Assembly (NCBI GenBank): GCA_028868715.1
Contig: JAGWUB010000002.1
Location: 79,605 to 143,604, forward strand
Direction: 5' to 3'
Origin: Patescibacteria group bacterium
GTDB lineage: Bacteria; Patescibacteriota; Minisyncoccia; Phycocordibacterales; UBA9973
Length of the DNA: 64,000 bases
Position 1 is the stretch's first letter, and each line of letters begins with the position of its first letter. The notes below the pieces were generated by a model. The model worked only from the letters and a program-made list of their open reading frames with translations, ran no database searches and had not been told where the DNA came from. Of the stretch, positions 48,153 through 57,347 are shown one piece after another. The position numbers were made by a program, and so were the translations under genes.

Positions 48153-48878
48153 ATGAATAAAATTATCTTCTTCGATACCGAGACCACTGGCAACACCGAA
48201 AAGGACTTTTTGGTTCAGTTGGCGTATAAATATGACGATCATAAATTTACTGCTCTATATAAACCACCAATAAAAATTCCACCTGAAGCTTCAGCTATAC
48301 ACCACATAACCAACAAAATGGTAGTGGACAAACCCACCTTCAAAGAAAGCACCGATCAACCTAAAATTAAAGAACTTTTTGAAGATGAAAATTCTGTCGT
48401 GGTAGCCCACAATGCACCCTTTGACTTGGCGGTAATGAAAAAAGAGGGTATTGAGCCTAAAAATTTTATTTGCACACTCCGACTTATCAGACATCTAGAC
48501 AAAGACGAAAAAATTGATAAGTATAATTTGCAATATTTACGATACCTACTCGACCTCGACGTAGAGGCTGTAGCCCATGACGCCATGGGAGATGTGCTCG
48601 TGCTCGAAAAATTTTTTGAGAGACTAAAAAATATGATGCAAAAAGAATTAGGAGGAGAAAATTTGAGCGAAGATGAGATAATAAATAAAATGGTAGAAAT
48701 TTCATCACATCCTTCCTTGTTGCATACTTTTAAATTTGGAAAATATAATGGCAAGAGATTAGAGGAAGTGATAAAAATTGACCGAGGATACTTACAGTGG
48801 CTCTTGGATCAAAAATTAAATGGCGATGGTATTGATGAAGATTGGATTTATACGTTAAAACATTATTTAGAAAAATAA
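48153..48878 (+). CDS. DEDDh 3'-5' exonuclease (DnaQ/ExoX-like) with ExoX-type C-terminal domain
   Basis: FFDTETTG Exo I motif and a downstream H-x4-D motif. Confidence 0.75.
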   Translation: MNKIIFFDTETTGNTEKDFLVQLAYKYDDHKFTALYKPPIKIPPEASAIHHITNKMVVDKPTFKESTDQPKIKELFEDENSVVVAHNAPFDLAVMKKEGIEPKNFICTLRLIRHLDKDEKIDKYNLQYLRYLLDLDVEAVAHDAMGDVLVLEKFFERLKNMMQKELGGENLSEDEIINKMVEISSHPSLLHTFKFGKYNGKRLEEVIKIDRGYLQWLLDQKLNGDGIDEDWIYTLKHYLEK

Positions 48879-49937
48879 ATGGATAATATTTTTTTTATTA
48901 TAATAGCAGTCTTGGTTGGTGGAATTATTGCCTATTTTATTTTTGGACGTAAAAAGGAAGCTGGCACCGGAGACACTGGACTAAATCTTATTCTGACCCA
49001 AATTAACGAGCTCTCACGAACCGTGGATAGCAAAATCGGCGAATCACATAAACAAGTCAATGAAAGTCTAAAATTCCACTCTAGCGAATCAAATAAGATA
49101 ATTCGGGATGTCACCGAGCGCTTGACCCGCTTGGATGAGACAAATAAACAAGTCATCTCTTTTGCTGACCAACTGCAAAGCTTGGAGAATATACTAAAAA
49201 ATCCAAAACAGCGTGGAATCCTTGGTGAATATTACTTAGAAACAGTTTTGAAAAATGTCTTACCGCCGGGGAGCTACCAAATGCAATATCCTTTTCCAGA
49301 TGGCACCATTGTAGACGCAGTGGTATTTGTGAAAGACAAAATAATCCCAATTGATTCAAAGTTTTCTCTGGAAAATTATAATAAGATGGTAGAGGAAATA
49401 AATCCAGCCGATAAAAAACGCCTAGAGACAATTTTTGTAAATGATTTAAAAAATAGAATCACTGAAACTGCAAAGTACATCCAACCAGCTAAAGGCACGA
49501 CTGATTTTGCTTTTATGTTTATCCCACACGAGGCCATATATTATGATCTGCTGACAAATAAAGTCGGCGCAACAAATATAAACGATAGTGAGAATGAAAA
49601 TCTAATCCAGCGCGCTGCTGGAAAATATAAAGTTATAATAACCTCACCCACTTCATTTTTAGCATACCTGCAAACAGTCTTACAAGGATTAAAGGCCTTA
49701 AAAATAGAGGAGTCTGCAAAAGAAATAATTAAAAAGGTAGAAGACCTGGGCAAGCATTTAAAATCTTATGATGAATATCACAACAAACTCGGCAATGCCT
49801 TGGGTACGGTGGTAAACCATTATAATGCTTCAAATAAAGAATTGAAAAAAATAGACAAAGACGTACTCCGTATAGCTGGCTCTTCACCAGAGCTTTCACT
49901 CCTTGAAGTTGAAAAGCCTAAAATTCTTGAAGAATAA
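48879..49937 (+). CDS. rmuC: DNA recombination protein RmuC
   Basis: N-terminal TM, coiled coil, RmuC core FAFMFIPHEAIY. Confidence 0.8.
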   Translation: MDNIFFIIIAVLVGGIIAYFIFGRKKEAGTGDTGLNLILTQINELSRTVDSKIGESHKQVNESLKFHSSESNKIIRDVTERLTRLDETNKQVISFADQLQSLENILKNPKQRGILGEYYLETVLKNVLPPGSYQMQYPFPDGTIVDAVVFVKDKIIPIDSKFSLENYNKMVEEINPADKKRLETIFVNDLKNRITETAKYIQPAKGTTDFAFMFIPHEAIYYDLLTNKVGATNINDSENENLIQRAAGKYKVIITSPTSFLAYLQTVLQGLKALKIEESAKEIIKKVEDLGKHLKSYDEYHNKLGNALGTVVNHYNASNKELKKIDKDVLRIAGSSPELSLLEVEKPKILEE

Positions 49938-49945
49938 TATTAACT

Positions 49946-49984
49946 AAAAAAGGCCGTTGCTTTACTGCAACGACCTTTCTCTCG
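49946..49984. terminator. bidirectional hairpin terminator (ggcCGTTGC-tttact-GCAACGacc); stronger T run on minus strand
   Basis: 9-bp stem with one mismatch. A run upstream and T-rich sequence downstream. A second GC hairpin CTCTCGG-atccg-CCGAGAG lies at 49979-49997. Confidence 0.5.
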
Positions 49985-50000
49985 GATCCGCCGAGAGCGG

Positions 50001-50192
50001 TTAATATGACCCAGGTCCATGGAAGATACACGATGATGACACCAGGGATGTTTCCACTTTCCGTTGCTTTTCCTCTGCCAACTTTCTTTGCTCGTCTTGA
50101 AACTTCCGTATCCAAAAATAAATTCCATTTGGATAAAATTCATCTGGGCCAGAAGGTTTTTCATGGGCAAGAGCAGGAATTGAATTTTCCAT
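50001..50192 (-). CDS. hypothetical 63-aa protein with strong Shine-Dalgarno (AAGGAG-7nt-ATG) in a GC-rich islet
   Basis: Track ORF. The RBS is seen directly. No family recognised. Confidence 0.35.
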   Translation of the reverse strand: MENSIPALAHEKPSGPDEFYPNGIYFWIRKFQDEQRKLAEEKQRKVETSLVSSSCIFHGPGSY

Positions 50193-50270
50193 CTTAAGTC
50201 TCCTTATTAAAATAACTAGTTTCTGAATTCTATATTGAAGATGTCATATTATCACTCGTCTGTCAATTAT

Positions 50271-50308
50271 AAACGAAAAATGGCCGGAAGCTTTGTTGCT
50301 TACCGGCC
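50271..50308 (-). terminator. rho-independent terminator after 50319..50804 (GGCCGG-15nt-CCGGCC + TTTTTCGTTT)
   Basis: Seen directly. Confidence 0.45.
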
Positions 50309-50318
50309 AAATCAATAA

Positions 50319-50804
50319 TTAATGAACACTGAAGATGTCGTGATCCTGATGATCGCTACGACCACCTGGGAAATTTACAACAGCCTCTTTTTTGTGTTCG
50401 GCGATTTTTTTCCGCCGTCCTTCTCGTCTGTGCTCACCGTACTTTGTGAACAAAAACAAAGAAGCAAAGATCAATGCACCCGAAATGATGAATGTAAGTG
50501 CAAGTTGGTACGGATTTTCGTACCATGCTTCTTTTACCTGCGCCTCGGCCTTACCCACACCAAGAACTGCTGTAGGTGTCGGTGTCGTCGCCGGTGCCGA
50601 CGTTTTTGGAATCTTGGTAGTCACCGTAAACGGTGCGACCTCGTCATACCGAATTCCAGCCGCGGGAGGCTCTGGAATCAGGTTATCCTTATGTTTTTTC
50701 GCCGTTTTTCCGTCGAACGGCTTCATTTGGTTATGTTTTGTTTCTGCTATTCCTAACGTCGCCGCTAGTAGCATAAACGCGAAAATAAAAAGAGTTTTTT
50801 TCAT
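50319..50804 (-). CDS. secreted/membrane protein: signal peptide, Pro/Thr-rich linker, C-terminal TM + basic tail; GC-rich gene
   Basis: MKKTLFIFAFMLLAATLGIA signal, PATTPTPTA tract, LALTFIISGALIFASLFLF TM. Composition is well above the window background. Confidence 0.5.
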   Translation of the reverse strand: MKKTLFIFAFMLLAATLGIAETKHNQMKPFDGKTAKKHKDNLIPEPPAAGIRYDEVAPFTVTTKIPKTSAPATTPTPTAVLGVGKAEAQVKEAWYENPYQLALTFIISGALIFASLFLFTKYGEHRREGRRKKIAEHKKEAVVNFPGGRSDHQDHDIFSVH

Positions 50805-50933
50805 TTCTATCTATCTCCTTGGTTATTTTTTTGTTATGCCACGCTAAAACAGCTTGGCGACAATGCTTCTGGGTAAAATATAGCATATTATACCCTATTT
50901 GTCAAGCTAAATAAGCCTTATTTTATATGGTTA

Positions 50934-52112
50934 TTATGCAGTTTTGGTATTCCAAGGCTTAAGAAAGACAAAAAACACCATTGCGGTAAAAGCGACAATA
51001 GTAGCAAAGATAAAAGCATATGATGGGCTAAAGACCCAAAGAATACCTGCAATCATTGAAGCTGGAAGATAAATCAACCCAGTGACAAAATTGTACATGC
51101 CGATAGCTGTGGCTCGCCTATCCTTCTCTAGATCAGTGATGAATGCCTTGCTTTGAGCTTCATCAATACTGTAAAAGATGCCGAACATTAAAAATAAAAT
51201 AATTACTTCCCATTTTGATTTTGCAAAAATAAAACCCAGAGACATCATAATGTAAACTAAGTATCCTAAGATGATAATGTATTTTCGCCCGATGATATCC
51301 CCTAGCTTGCCGACGGGCATGGATATTATGACAAATGAAATATTAAAAAGTGCATAGAGCAACACCACATCTTTTATAGAAAAACCAATAGCGTAGGCTT
51401 TGAGTAAAAGGAAACCAAAACTAAAATATGCCAAAGAAAAAATTCCTGCAGGAATTAAATATAATTTAAAATTTGAACTCAAAGTACCCCAAGCTTTAAA
51501 TATATTTTCCCTGTCGTGTGGAATTCCGGGACGATCTTTCATTAAAGCCAAAACTACTACAGAGAGCACAGCGGTGATAATTGCGATAATAAAAATTACG
51601 TGAAAAGTGCTACGCCCTTGCCCTAGGTAAAGAAGTAAGAGGTACGCAACTATTGGCCCAAGGACGGCTCCAGCCTTATCCATCGCTTTATGTACCCCAA
51701 AGGAATACCCCATGTCAGATTCCTGTGCTACGGATGCAAGCCATGCATCTCTCGGTGGGCCACGAAAACTTTTACCCAAACGTTCGATAATTCTAAATGA
51801 AGCAAGGATGGACACAGAGCTTCCAACTACAAGCATAATTTTTGCTAAAGTTGAAAAGCCGTAACCAACTAATGTCAGCGGTTTTCTTTTTCCGATTCTG
51901 TCTGACAACCAACCAGCAAAATAATCCAAAGAAGATCCAGAGAAATCCGATATTCCTTCGATCAATCCTAGTAGTGAGGCCGAAGCTCCCACAACCACAG
52001 TAAAAAATATTGAGAATACAGAAAAAATAGCCTCAGAGCTGATGTCAGTTAAAAAGCTCACTAGGCCTAAGCGCAAAACATCAGGATGTATTTTAAAGAA
52101 TTTATTTTTCAT
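50934..52112 (-). CDS. MFS transporter
   Basis: 12-TM pattern with the MFS G-x3-D-R/K-x-G-R motif (DRIGKRK). Confidence 0.8.
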   Translation of the reverse strand: MKNKFFKIHPDVLRLGLVSFLTDISSEAIFSVFSIFFTVVVGASASLLGLIEGISDFSGSSLDYFAGWLSDRIGKRKPLTLVGYGFSTLAKIMLVVGSSVSILASFRIIERLGKSFRGPPRDAWLASVAQESDMGYSFGVHKAMDKAGAVLGPIVAYLLLLYLGQGRSTFHVIFIIAIITAVLSVVVLALMKDRPGIPHDRENIFKAWGTLSSNFKLYLIPAGIFSLAYFSFGFLLLKAYAIGFSIKDVVLLYALFNISFVIISMPVGKLGDIIGRKYIIILGYLVYIMMSLGFIFAKSKWEVIILFLMFGIFYSIDEAQSKAFITDLEKDRRATAIGMYNFVTGLIYLPASMIAGILWVFSPSYAFIFATIVAFTAMVFFVFLKPWNTKTA

Positions 52113-52116
52113 GCTG

Positions 52117-52188
52117 TGACCCTACAGAGAATCGAACTCTGATTTGATCCTTGAGAAGGATCCGTCCTAGCCGTTAGACGATAGGGCC
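52117..52188 (-). tRNA. tRNA-Glu (anticodon CUC)
   Basis: Acceptor GGCCCTA/TAGGGTC, anticodon stem GATCC/GGATC with loop TTCTCAA, T-arm CAGAG-TTCGATT-CTCTG. Confidence 0.75.
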
Positions 52189-52213
52189 ATGGTTTTTAAC
52201 AATATAGCACACT

Positions 52214-53524
52214 TTATTTCTTTTTCTTCCATTCGTCGTCTTGGCGGACGAGAAGTTTATTTTTATTTTCTTGATCTAAAAGTATGGCTTCGGTCACTCG
52301 CTCCATCCGTATCCCCTGCGAACCTTTTACAAGTACCGTATCACCCTTCATAACAAAAGTTTTTATAAACATTGCTGCTTCATTTGAGTTTAAAAATTCA
52401 AAAATATTTTGGTCATTCATCCCAGCCTCTATGGCTCCTTCTTTTATACCTCTCGCCCTAGGGCCGACCACTATTAGCACATCCATACTACCGCTCAAAT
52501 TTTCTCTGGCAATCTTTCCAATGTTTTTATGAGCCTCTAGGGTGTGCCGACCGAGCTCCAGCATATCACCCAAGACCGCAATTTTTCTACCTTCCAATTT
52601 TACTTCTCCCAAAGTTTTGAGAGCAGATTCGGAAGCTAAAGGAGAAGAGTTGTAAGTATCATCAATGATCAAGCAGTCGTTGATACCTTTTAACAACCGC
52701 ATACGTCCTGGTGGAATATCGTAACTCTTTAAAGCATTTACTGCCTCCAGCATGTTAAATTTTAGACCAGAGGCAAGCGCCAAAGCACATAAGGAAGCAT
52801 AAACATGATTTCTCCCAAATACTCCCTCGATCACGACTGGAAAGCTTTTACCCTCTTCGTCTACCCTGAAAATAATACCTTCGGGCACTCCTTTGTCATC
52901 ATACAAAATACTGTCACCGGAGCCAGTGATATCTGCTCCAGATTTAAACCCATAGGTTGTGACTCGTTGCTTGGTTTTAGTCTTCATCTCCAGCACGTCT
53001 GCATCGTCGGCATTCAAAATTAGAACACCATTTGGCTTTAGAGTTCTAATGAGCTGACTTTTTTCCTCTATTAAGTGTTTGCGCGAATTAAAAAATTCAA
53101 TGTGTGAAGGAGTCTCGCCGATAGCCGTGACCGCGACTGCATCAGTCTTCAACCAAGAAGCAGTCCGTCGCATGTCGCCAGTCTTGCCCACACCTACCTC
53201 TAGCACCAACCAGCTCGGATATTTGTGTGGCCAGATAATTAACCACAAACCTTTGAAAATGTTTTCAAGCCACGCTGTGGGGCTACTCCATCCATTGGGG
53301 CATCCCAAAATAGTGAGTGGCAATCCAATCTCACTATTAAAACTTTTTTCACTTTTACGAACGTAGGAAAATTTGGAGATAACAGCATATACTGCATCTT
53401 TGGTAGAAGTCTTGCCGACTGAGCCAGTAATGGCAATAACCTTTGGTTTGTATTTAAGAAGTACAAATCGTGATTCAATTTGTAAAATATAAATTATTAC
53501 TTTTTTAAAAATATTTTTCATCAA
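52214..53524 (-). CDS. murF: UDP-N-acetylmuramoyl-tripeptide--D-alanyl-D-alanine ligase
   Basis: IAITGSVGKTSTK P-loop, Mur ligase domains. Confidence 0.85.
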   Translation of the reverse strand: MMKNIFKKVIIYILQIESRFVLLKYKPKVIAITGSVGKTSTKDAVYAVISKFSYVRKSEKSFNSEIGLPLTILGCPNGWSSPTAWLENIFKGLWLIIWPHKYPSWLVLEVGVGKTGDMRRTASWLKTDAVAVTAIGETPSHIEFFNSRKHLIEEKSQLIRTLKPNGVLILNADDADVLEMKTKTKQRVTTYGFKSGADITGSGDSILYDDKGVPEGIIFRVDEEGKSFPVVIEGVFGRNHVYASLCALALASGLKFNMLEAVNALKSYDIPPGRMRLLKGINDCLIIDDTYNSSPLASESALKTLGEVKLEGRKIAVLGDMLELGRHTLEAHKNIGKIARENLSGSMDVLIVVGPRARGIKEGAIEAGMNDQNIFEFLNSNEAAMFIKTFVMKGDTVLVKGSQGIRMERVTEAILLDQENKNKLLVRQDDEWKKKK

Positions 53525-53530
53525 TTATTC

Positions 53531-54595
53531 TTATCTGCTGATTATAACCAAAATAATGCCAACGATCGCGGACACAACTGACAAAACCCAAAAACGCATA
53601 GTAACTTTATAGGACGGCCAGCCAAGTGCCTCAAAGTGATGATGAATAGGTGCGAGTTTAAATAATTTTTTACCATTTCTAAAGCGCTTGGATGCCATCT
53701 GTAAAATCACCGAACCAGAACTTATGACTAATGGTAGGGCAATGATTGGAAGAATTAAGACTGTATTGGTTAAAAATGCAATTGTGGCTATAGTAATAGT
53801 CAGCCCCATAATCCCTGTCTCTCCCATGTAGAATCTTGCTGGTGGAATATTAAACCAGAGGAAAGCCAAAGTACATCCAGTGACAACTCCACAAAAAGCA
53901 GCAATATCAATTTGATTGTTAGCATAAGCTATCACGGAATATGAAGCAAAAATGGAAGCTAAAACTCCACCAGAGAGACCATCGAGCCCATCAATCACTC
54001 CACCAGAAAAAGTTGCCAGAGCGACAATTATAAAGAACGGTATAATCAGGATCCCTATATATAACTCTCCCATAAATGGAATGTGGATACTATTCATTCC
54101 CAATTTATAAAAAAACCAAAGACCTATAAGTAGAGACATCGTAGCGATAAGTAAAGCCTTCCACTTACGCCAAGATGCATCATCGTGAGCAAATTTACTA
54201 TGACCGTATATTTGGATTAGGTCGTCCCAAAGTCCGATAAATGATCCAAAAAGAAGCGTGAAGAAAGGAATAAAAGTTTGATTTCTACTTAAAAAACTAA
54301 TTTTCTCAATACTTTCAGAGTCAATTAAAATTGACAGTATATAAAAAATCATAGTAGTCAAGAAAATTGAAAACCAAACAATGATTCCACCCACCCGCGG
54401 TGTATTGAGTTCCCCTTTTCCATTTTGAATTTTTGAAAAATCTGGATTATCAAAAGAAGCATCTCGAGAATATTTTTTCCACATCTTATATTTAAAGAAA
54501 AAGTGCGTGGCTACAGGGGTAAGAAAAAGCCCCAAAAAAAAGGCTACAGTCGTCGGTATAAAAATTTTAACTAAGTCTATATACATACAAATCAA
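53531..54595 (-). CDS. mraY: phospho-N-acetylmuramoyl-pentapeptide transferase
   Basis: GT4 polyprenyl-phosphate transferase motifs, 10 TM helices. Confidence 0.85.
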   Translation of the reverse strand: MICMYIDLVKIFIPTTVAFFLGLFLTPVATHFFFKYKMWKKYSRDASFDNPDFSKIQNGKGELNTPRVGGIIVWFSIFLTTMIFYILSILIDSESIEKISFLSRNQTFIPFFTLLFGSFIGLWDDLIQIYGHSKFAHDDASWRKWKALLIATMSLLIGLWFFYKLGMNSIHIPFMGELYIGILIIPFFIIVALATFSGGVIDGLDGLSGGVLASIFASYSVIAYANNQIDIAAFCGVVTGCTLAFLWFNIPPARFYMGETGIMGLTITIATIAFLTNTVLILPIIALPLVISSGSVILQMASKRFRNGKKLFKLAPIHHHFEALGWPSYKVTMRFWVLSVVSAIVGIILVIISR

Positions 54596-54610
54596 AGTAT
54601 AACAGAAATT

Positions 54611-55999
54611 TTAAGAAATTTCTCTAATAGTCTGCCCATTTTCCTCATTGAAAGAAATTTTTTTACCTTCTAAAATAGCATTAAAATAATCCGCATCCAT
54701 CCAAAATTTACCATTTTCATCCTTTGACCATCTTGGCCAGTAGCAAATACCAGGAAACCCAGCGTCCAAGTAATCCTGCTCTGTCAGTGGAGTACCAAAA
54801 ATAAATTGTTTTTGAATTAAGGTTTCTTTTTCTTTTATATAATTTTTTATATATTCTAGATAATCTTTATTTTTAGATTTTTCAGAAAGAAGCTTAGCTT
54901 TTTCCAGCTTCTCTTTTAATTCTTCCCTTTCTTTTATATATGGTTTATCTAATCTACAACCAGACATAAATTCGATTTTTCGTTTTAAAATAGGGTCGTT
55001 TACTGCTCTCTTTAAACTATTTTTTAATAGTGTTGGTGAAATTAGCGATTCACTCACTGTAGCCTTGTCCTCTGATATGCCACCATAACATCCATAAGCA
55101 TCAGCATACCCCGGGATTTCTCCAGCAGCTTTAAAATTATTTTTTATTGCTTCGTCTCCAGAAGAATATACATAAGGTTTTGCTCCTTCATTTAACCTAG
55201 ACCAGCCTTCAAGGTCGTCGAGTTCATTTTTAAAATTATCATCCAAGGCATGAGTTAGTTCATGGGTAACATCTCCACGGTTATCAAATAGAGAATCAAA
55301 CTTCCCAGACATTTCAGCACCATTTACTTGAGCTTCGACACCTTCTTCTAATTCCGTTAAATTTAATTTTTTCCAACCTGATCTCTTAATGGAAAAGTTA
55401 GGGAACATTTTAAGTCCTCTGTAAAATGAATTGAGATTGGTTAGGAAAAAATTTTCACTTTTGTCGGTAATAGTAATGTCATATTCATCTACTATTTTTC
55501 TTGCCATCTTCACATTTTGCAAAAATTGAAGAGTGGTAAAAAATATATTTCCACCGATTTTATATTCAGGCATAGAAAAGTTCATTGCCTCAGCTGCTTT
55601 TTCTTTTCTCCATTTTACAAATTCTTCAACGAACCCTCTATATAATTGTGAATCTTGTGCTTCGTTATAAAGTTTTTCTATCCTATCATAATATTCTTCT
55701 AATTTTTTTGTTTGGTCTTTGTCTAGTCTATCTTGCTCAGCATCCATGGCATTTCTCACTTCTTTTAATAACAATGCATTCCAATATTCAAAGTTTTTTT
55801 TAGTTTCCTCAAGTTCCGCTTCGGTGGGTTTTAAAATTTCTGGGCTTTCTACTTTACCATGTAAACCCAAGACCAAGCCCAATCCGACTCCAGCCTTCAT
55901 TGCACCTTTTATAAAATCCCTACGGCCAACTTTGTCACCAGCTTCAGGTTTATTATGCTCCACATTTTCTTTAATTTTTGGTATTCCTTCTGTTGCCAT
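54611..55999 (-). CDS. hypothetical exported protein with twin-arginine-like signal (GRRDFIKGAMKAGVGLG) and HExxH (HELTH) motif
   Basis: Motifs seen directly. No family assignment. Confidence 0.5.
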   Translation of the reverse strand: MATEGIPKIKENVEHNKPEAGDKVGRRDFIKGAMKAGVGLGLVLGLHGKVESPEILKPTEAELEETKKNFEYWNALLLKEVRNAMDAEQDRLDKDQTKKLEEYYDRIEKLYNEAQDSQLYRGFVEEFVKWRKEKAAEAMNFSMPEYKIGGNIFFTTLQFLQNVKMARKIVDEYDITITDKSENFFLTNLNSFYRGLKMFPNFSIKRSGWKKLNLTELEEGVEAQVNGAEMSGKFDSLFDNRGDVTHELTHALDDNFKNELDDLEGWSRLNEGAKPYVYSSGDEAIKNNFKAAGEIPGYADAYGCYGGISEDKATVSESLISPTLLKNSLKRAVNDPILKRKIEFMSGCRLDKPYIKEREELKEKLEKAKLLSEKSKNKDYLEYIKNYIKEKETLIQKQFIFGTPLTEQDYLDAGFPGICYWPRWSKDENGKFWMDADYFNAILEGKKISFNEENGQTIREIS

Positions 56000-56036
56000 A
56001 TTTATTATTTACGCCATGGCTGAAATAAGAAAATTA

Positions 56037-56594
56037 CTAAACTTCTTTTTTCTGAGATTCTTCTTCTAGGGTCTTAACAGCTGCATTCATCGAGTTAGCA
56101 ACTTCTGTAAAATCAGGTAATTCTTCGATGGATTTTACACCCATAAAAGATAATAATTCAAAGCTCGGCTTGTAAATATAGCGCCGATTGTCTTTTGTAT
56201 CTACGCTTTTTTCCACTAGCCCACGCACCGAAAGCGCCCGCAAGGTAAAGCTGGAATTTACTCCACGAATATAATCAATCTCCGCGCGACTGACGCCATT
56301 TTTATAAAGTACGATGGATAGTGTCTCTAGGCTAGCTTTGGAAAGTTCTTTATTTAATTCTTCTTTCTGTAAATCTTCAAATAGTTTTGAGAGCTCCGGC
56401 ATTGTTCCAAGCGTAATTTCTGATCCCAGCTCCTGTAAGATTATACCTCTCTCGGCTAAATTTCCTTTCAATTTTTCTATGCCTTCGTTTATTTCGTCTG
56501 GCGAGGTTTTTAAAATGTCTGCAAGCTTTTTGCGTGACATTGGCTCACCCTTCCAAAATAATACAGCTTCAATTTTATTTTCTAAATTAATCAT
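56037..56594 (-). CDS. scpB: segregation and condensation protein B
   Basis: Tandem winged-helix ScpB pattern. Confidence 0.8.
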   Translation of the reverse strand: MINLENKIEAVLFWKGEPMSRKKLADILKTSPDEINEGIEKLKGNLAERGIILQELGSEITLGTMPELSKLFEDLQKEELNKELSKASLETLSIVLYKNGVSRAEIDYIRGVNSSFTLRALSVRGLVEKSVDTKDNRRYIYKPSFELLSFMGVKSIEELPDFTEVANSMNAAVKTLEEESQKKEV

Positions 56595-56596
56595 AA

Positions 56597-57325
56597 TTAC
56601 ATCTTTTCAATCATAATATCTTTGGAATGATCGCTTTGCACCGCATCTAGTATCCCATTTCGGACAAGTTCCAACATGGCTAAAAAACTCACTATAACAT
56701 AAACTTTTTCTTCTCGTGTCTGAGACTTGCCAGCAAATTCCGAAAAGTTCATCTTCATCGCATTTTGGATTCTTTCCGTTAAATTATTGATCACTTCTTC
56801 TATGCTAATAACTTTGCGCACCTCCACTTCTGGCATAAATACTTTCTTTGGTATAGACCCTAGGACGTTCTGCGCAAAACTCATCATGGATTCCTTGGTA
56901 ATTTGCTCATCTGGTAAAAAAACTAAAACATTATTTTTTCGCTCCAATGGCGCAAAAATTATTTTCTTTCCAAAATTACTTTTTATGTTTCCTCCGAGCT
57001 TGATAAAAAGCTTATAGAGTCGCAATCTTTCTTCTAGGCTCTTTATGTCACCTTCCTCCTCGTCTGTCAGATTTAAGTTTGGTAAGAGAGATTTTGATTT
57101 AATTAAAATGAGCGTAGAAGCCACCAAAACAAAGCTAGTAACCTCCCTAGGATTAGAACTGCCCAATTTATTCATATAACTCAAAAAGTCCTCAGTCACA
57201 CTGGCCAAGGATACGTCGTTGATAAAGAGCTTTCGTTTTTCAACTAAATCTAAAAGAAGCCCAAAAGGCCCTTCAAAGGAGCCTGTTTTTATCCTATAAG
57301 TATTTTCGGAACTTTCTGTTTCCAC
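56597..57325 (-). CDS. scpA: segregation and condensation protein A
   Basis: ScpA/kleisin N-terminal motif GPFGLLLDLV. Confidence 0.8.
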   Translation of the reverse strand: METESSENTYRIKTGSFEGPFGLLLDLVEKRKLFINDVSLASVTEDFLSYMNKLGSSNPREVTSFVLVASTLILIKSKSLLPNLNLTDEEEGDIKSLEERLRLYKLFIKLGGNIKSNFGKKIIFAPLERKNNVLVFLPDEQITKESMMSFAQNVLGSIPKKVFMPEVEVRKVISIEEVINNLTERIQNAMKMNFSEFAGKSQTREEKVYVIVSFLAMLELVRNGILDAVQSDHSKDIMIEKM

Positions 57326-57347
57326 CGTTATATGATAACATTTCTTT

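Noticed and set aside
49940-50170. 76-aa and 65-aa minus ORFs in the GC-rich spacer
   Set aside because: They overlap the better-supported 63-aa ORF, which has a strong SD. They also run into the terminator hairpins and lack an RBS.
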